Of a stretch of 51,617 nt of DNA, positions 48,373-51,617 are shown piece by piece. The translations under genes and the position numbers were made by a program. This stretch comes from Thermoplasmata archaeon (GTDB lineage: Archaea; Thermoplasmatota; Thermoplasmata; Lutacidiplasmatales; UBA184). Location: positions 1 to 51,617 of the forward strand of contig JASHQC010000088.1 of assembly GCA_030037735.1 (NCBI GenBank), in the 5' to 3' direction. The notes beneath the pieces were generated by a model, which saw only the letters and a list, made by a program, of their open reading frames with translations, was not told where the DNA came from and did no database searches. Positions within the stretch are counted from its first letter, which is position 1. The number at the start of each line of letters is the position of its first letter.

Positions 48373-48678
48373 TCATGCCTTCCCGGCGGCGGAGCTGAGG
48401 GCGAAGGCTCGCGACGAAGGGAGGCCGACCGTCGAGAACCCGAAGAGGATGCCGGGCTCCAATTGCAGAGCCCTGTATAGTCCCCCAAGTCCGGCGCCGA
48501 TGGCCATCAACCGCATCGTAACGATGGAACTTTGGAATCCTATGCCTGACATCCGGCCCCCGTTGAACCGGACGAAGAAGAACGGTACTCCGAGTAGGGC
48601 TAGGGGAAGCAGTAGGCAACCGACAAAATCTGGGAAACGGGAGAGCGTCGACAGTTCCGCGTAGTATGGCTGGCTCAC
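48373..48678 (-). CDS. Small membrane protein
   Basis: 101-aa ORF with three hydrophobic segments filling an intergenic gap. Confidence 0.45.
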   Translation of the reverse strand: MSQPYYAELSTLSRFPDFVGCLLLPLALLGVPFFFVRFNGGRMSGIGFQSSIVTMRLMAIGAGLGGLYRALQLEPGILFGFSTVGLPSSRAFALSSAAGKA

Positions 48679-48928
48679 GCCGACGGCAAGTAGTACGAGG
48701 ACCCAGGCAGACCTTCAAGAGAAGATAGGGCGGGATGGAGGGCTCTCCGATGGAATCGGCGGCTCGGCGGGCTCGGCCGGCGCTGCGCCCCCCGGCACGA
48801 ACGGGCGTTGCCCGCTTCCGGGAAGGGCGCTCCCTGCCGGGTCGACGTACGATTCCCAGATCGAGCCGGAGCCGGAACGAGCGCCGCCTTTGACACCGTT
48901 TATGGGCCGCCACATGCCGCGGGGGGCT

Positions 48929-49351
48929 TTACGGCCGCTCCCGGTCACGACCACGGTCGCGATCGCGCCATCGGGTGGTCAATAACTCGATCCCGAGGGC
49001 AGAGTACGCGATGCGGTCGAGGCTCTCGGACGTAAGGGCCGTGGGTGCCGCCTTGAACGCGCCGGACCGGGCCACCTGCTGCAGCCGTTCAACCGCGATG
49101 CGGAAATCCGCTTCTTTTGCGAGGACCTGTTCGAGTCGCTGCAGGAGCTCCTCCGCCCGAGGAGTCGTTACGTATCCTCCGTTCGTCGTCATGAGAAGCT
49201 GGTTCTCGATGCAATATTTCAGGTAGTGCGAGAAGGAGGCTCGATTCAGATTGGCCCGGTTCATGAGGGGGGTTTTGCGAGTCTCCGTATGCGCCGCGCT
49301 GAGGAAATCCCTCAGCATCTCGAGCTGTCGGCGATAGTGCCTCGTCGACAC
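48929..49351 (-). CDS. Archaeal winged helix-turn-helix transcription regulator
   Basis: RRQLEMLRDFL...KTPLMNRANLN...YL..L......Y.TT.R pattern typical of the archaeal wHTH (HTH_45-like) family. Confidence 0.8.
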   Translation of the reverse strand: MSTRHYRRQLEMLRDFLSAAHTETRKTPLMNRANLNRASFSHYLKYCIENQLLMTTNGGYVTTPRAEELLQRLEQVLAKEADFRIAVERLQQVARSGAFKAAPTALTSESLDRIAYSALGIELLTTRWRDRDRGRDRERP

Positions 49352-49582
49352 TTGGCTGAGTCCCCCCGCAGGAAGGAGAACGTCCGGTCCCCCGCCTCGG
49401 TGAGGCGCTGCAGTATAACAGGTTCAATATACTATTCGGTCTCCGCGCTTGACCCAAAAGTGTGGCGCCCGCCGAGAGGGTCCGCCGGGCCCTAGGGCCC
49501 ACGCCTTGAGCCGCCTGGGCGCTCGTGAGGGCACCTTTCTGCGCGGAGAGCTGTTATCTGGAAAGTGACGTTCCTGCAATCG

Positions 49583-49942
49583 ATGAAGCTCTCGCCGTAC
49601 TCGGTTGCCGTCGCGGTCTCCAACGGAAAGCGGGCTCTCGCGTTCTACCACGGAAAGCTAGGGCTCGACGTCCTCGCGAACCAGGACCATTGGGTCGTCG
49701 TCGGACGTAAGAGAGGGGGTCTCGCCATCCATCTATGTGAATTCGGCAAGCCGACGCCGAAGTCCGAGAAGGGAAATACCGGGATCCTGTTTCTGACGGA
49801 CGAGTCGATGGAGAGGACCTACCAGAAGCTCAAGCGGAAAGGCGTAAAGTTCAGTGTTCCGCCGAAGAAGGTGGATTGGGGCTGGGTGTGCAAGTTCCTC
49901 GACCCCGACGGCAACGAGATCTGGCTCGGGCCCAAGGAATAG
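49583..49942 (+). CDS. VOC/glyoxalase family protein
   Basis: V.VS..RALAFY..KLG, GVKF..PP....WG....F.DPDGNEI. Confidence 0.88.
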   Translation: MKLSPYSVAVAVSNGKRALAFYHGKLGLDVLANQDHWVVVGRKRGGLAIHLCEFGKPTPKSEKGNTGILFLTDESMERTYQKLKRKGVKFSVPPKKVDWGWVCKFLDPDGNEIWLGPKE

Positions 49943-50039
49943 GTCGCTCGTTCCTCCGAATCTCCTTCACTGCACCGGGCCGTTCCACCAAAGCACCACA
50001 TATACGGGCTAGTCTAGTCCGCGAGAGAGGTGGCGCCCG

Positions 50040-50699
50040 TTGCCCGGTCTAGGTCCTCTGATACCGGTCCGTGCCCGTCAAGCCGGCGCTGTGGTCCTCC
50101 TCGCGTCGCTGCAGTTCATCGTCGCGATGATCGTGGTCCAGCTCAAGTACCCCGGATACAGCGATATCGGGAACTACATCAGTGACCTGGGCGGCCCGCA
50201 CTCGCCCTGGGCCGTCGTCTTCAACGCCTCCGTCATTGTCCTGGGCCTGCTGACGCTCCTAGGAGCCTTCCTTCTCCTCTCCGCCTTCAACCGCCGTCTC
50301 AGCCGGACCCTGGGGCTGGGTTTCCTTGCCATCGCCGGGATCGGAGCCATCCTGGTGGGGGTGTTCCCCGAGAACTCCACGGCGCTGGGCGGCCACGCCC
50401 ATACAGTTGCCGCCGACATCGCGTTCATCGCGGCCGGCTTGGCACTCATCAACCTGCCGGGTGCCATGCTCCGGGACACCCGCTGGGAGGGATACCGGGC
50501 CTTCACCTTCCTCCTGGGCCTCATCACGCTCGTCGCGATCGTGTTCTTCGCGACTGACAAATGGGGCGCCCTCGGGCCGGGCGGGTTGGAGCGAGTCGTC
50601 GTGGCCCCGATCCTCCTCTGGTCGATCGTGATCGGGATCCATTTGCTGAGTCTCCCCACTTACCAGAGAGTCCCGATCGCTCGCTCCACCTCGATCTGA
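50040..50699 (+). CDS. DUF998-family membrane protein
   Basis: YPGYS...NYISDLG, FN, VGVFPE...H, GGLER. Confidence 0.85.
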   Translation: MPGLGPLIPVRARQAGAVVLLASLQFIVAMIVVQLKYPGYSDIGNYISDLGGPHSPWAVVFNASVIVLGLLTLLGAFLLLSAFNRRLSRTLGLGFLAIAGIGAILVGVFPENSTALGGHAHTVAADIAFIAAGLALINLPGAMLRDTRWEGYRAFTFLLGLITLVAIVFFATDKWGALGPGGLERVVVAPILLWSIVIGIHLLSLPTYQRVPIARSTSI

Positions 50700-50856
50700 A
50701 TCCGCCGCCGCCCGGGATTTTACCTCTCCGTACAGGCGCCGCCGTTGGCGGCCGAGGGAGGACGGTAACCTTCCCACCCGGAGGAGGTTAAGCGGCCTGA
50801 GGACCTGGTCCTCTCGTTCCCCGCGGCTGCGCTAGGTTATCGGGACAGGACCGACC

Positions 50857-51617
50857 ATGCAGAAGACCAGTACCCAACCTCCGATCCCTCAGGCCGTGAT
50901 CCTCGGCGCGGGCTATGCCGGGCTATCGGTGGCGAAGGCGATCCACCGCCACGCGGGCCATCGGGTCCACGTCGTGCTGGTCGATCGATCCCCGGAGCAC
51001 GTGCTCCGTACCGAGCTTTACCAAGTCGACGAGATGGCTATCGCCGGCAAGAACCGGAGACGGTGGGCCCTCCCGATTGCCGAAGTGTTGGACGGGCGGA
51101 TCGCACGCTTCGTCCAGGGCACCGTGACGGGGATCGACCTCTCGTCCCGGACGGTCCGTCTCGGGAACGGAACGCTGCCGTTCGATTACCTGGTGATCTG
51201 TCTCGGCTCCGAGCCCAGCTACTTCGGAATCGCCGGCGCCAAGGAGTTCGCGCAAGAGGTCTACTCGCTGACGGGCGCGATGCGGCTCGCGGCCCGACTC
51301 GTCGAAGCGGAACGGGAGGCCGCGAAGACGCCGGGAGCGTCCCGGCCTCGGGTCGTGGTCGTAGGAGGGGGTTCGACCGGCACCGAAGTGGCTGCGGAGG
51401 TGGCTACGGCGGACTGGACAACCATCGCGGACCCGAGCGCGCCGCTACCTCAGGTCACGCTGCTGACGGGCCCGATGCCTCTGCTCCAAGGGTTTCCGGA
51501 GCCAATCATTCGGCATTCCCGCGACCTCCTCGAGAAATCCCGTGTCGAGATCCGGGAAGACACCCCGGTGGCTCGAGTGGACCCCGGACGGCTCACACTC
51601 AAGGACGGCTCGACCGT
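50857..51617 (+). CDS. NDH-2-like FAD-dependent oxidoreductase (3' end cut by the window edge; absent from the ORF track)
   Basis: My translation from ATG 50857: MQKTSTQPPIPQAVILGAGYAGL...FDYLVICLGS...FGIAGA...VVVVGGGSTGTEVAAE. Confidence 0.88.
   Translation, partial: MQKTSTQPPIPQAVILGAGYAGLSVAKAIHRHAGHRVHVVLVDRSPEHVLRTELYQVDEMAIAGKNRRRWALPIAEVLDGRIARFVQGTVTGIDLSSRTVRLGNGTLPFDYLVICLGSEPSYFGIAGAKEFAQEVYSLTGAMRLAARLVEAEREAAKTPGASRPRVVVVGGGSTGTEVAAEVATADWTTIADPSAPLPQVTLLTGPMPLLQGFPEPIIRHSRDLLEKSRVEIREDTPVARVDPGRLTLKDGST

Overview
High-GC, gene-dense window with about 39 CDS. I found no rRNA, tRNA, CRISPR array or transposase. It looks archaeal, probably Thermoplasmata; this is an inference from thermopsin-type 'FTETGLPxGxxW' surface repeats, an archaeal winged-helix regulator and TATA-like boxes 25-35 nt before many start codons. 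The left half (about 0.3-26 kb) is a cell-surface glycan region. It holds three paralogous secreted clan GH-A-like glycoside hydrolases (one lacks the acid/base Glu), two Kelch-like beta-propeller proteins sharing an unnamed N-terminal motif, two NDP-sugar epimerases, two GT4s, one GT2, and a sulfotransferase divergent from sat-cysC-HAD phosphatase. Together these suggest a sulfated-glycan synthesis and remodelling system. A 28-nt motif recurs upstream of four genes between 24.1 and 29.3 kb. The right half holds a TreT-like GT4/MscS/GH15 osmo-stress operon, an APC permease, a metallophosphoesterase, a CoxG-like protein, an aminotransferase, a surface protein, an lhgO/CoA-transferase/2-hydroxyacid dehydrogenase/ThDP decarboxylase catabolic group, a regulator, VOC and DUF998 proteins, and an NDH-2-like gene cut by the window edge. 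All calls come from motif recognition by eye, without database searches. Several start codons were moved relative to the ORF track and are approximate.
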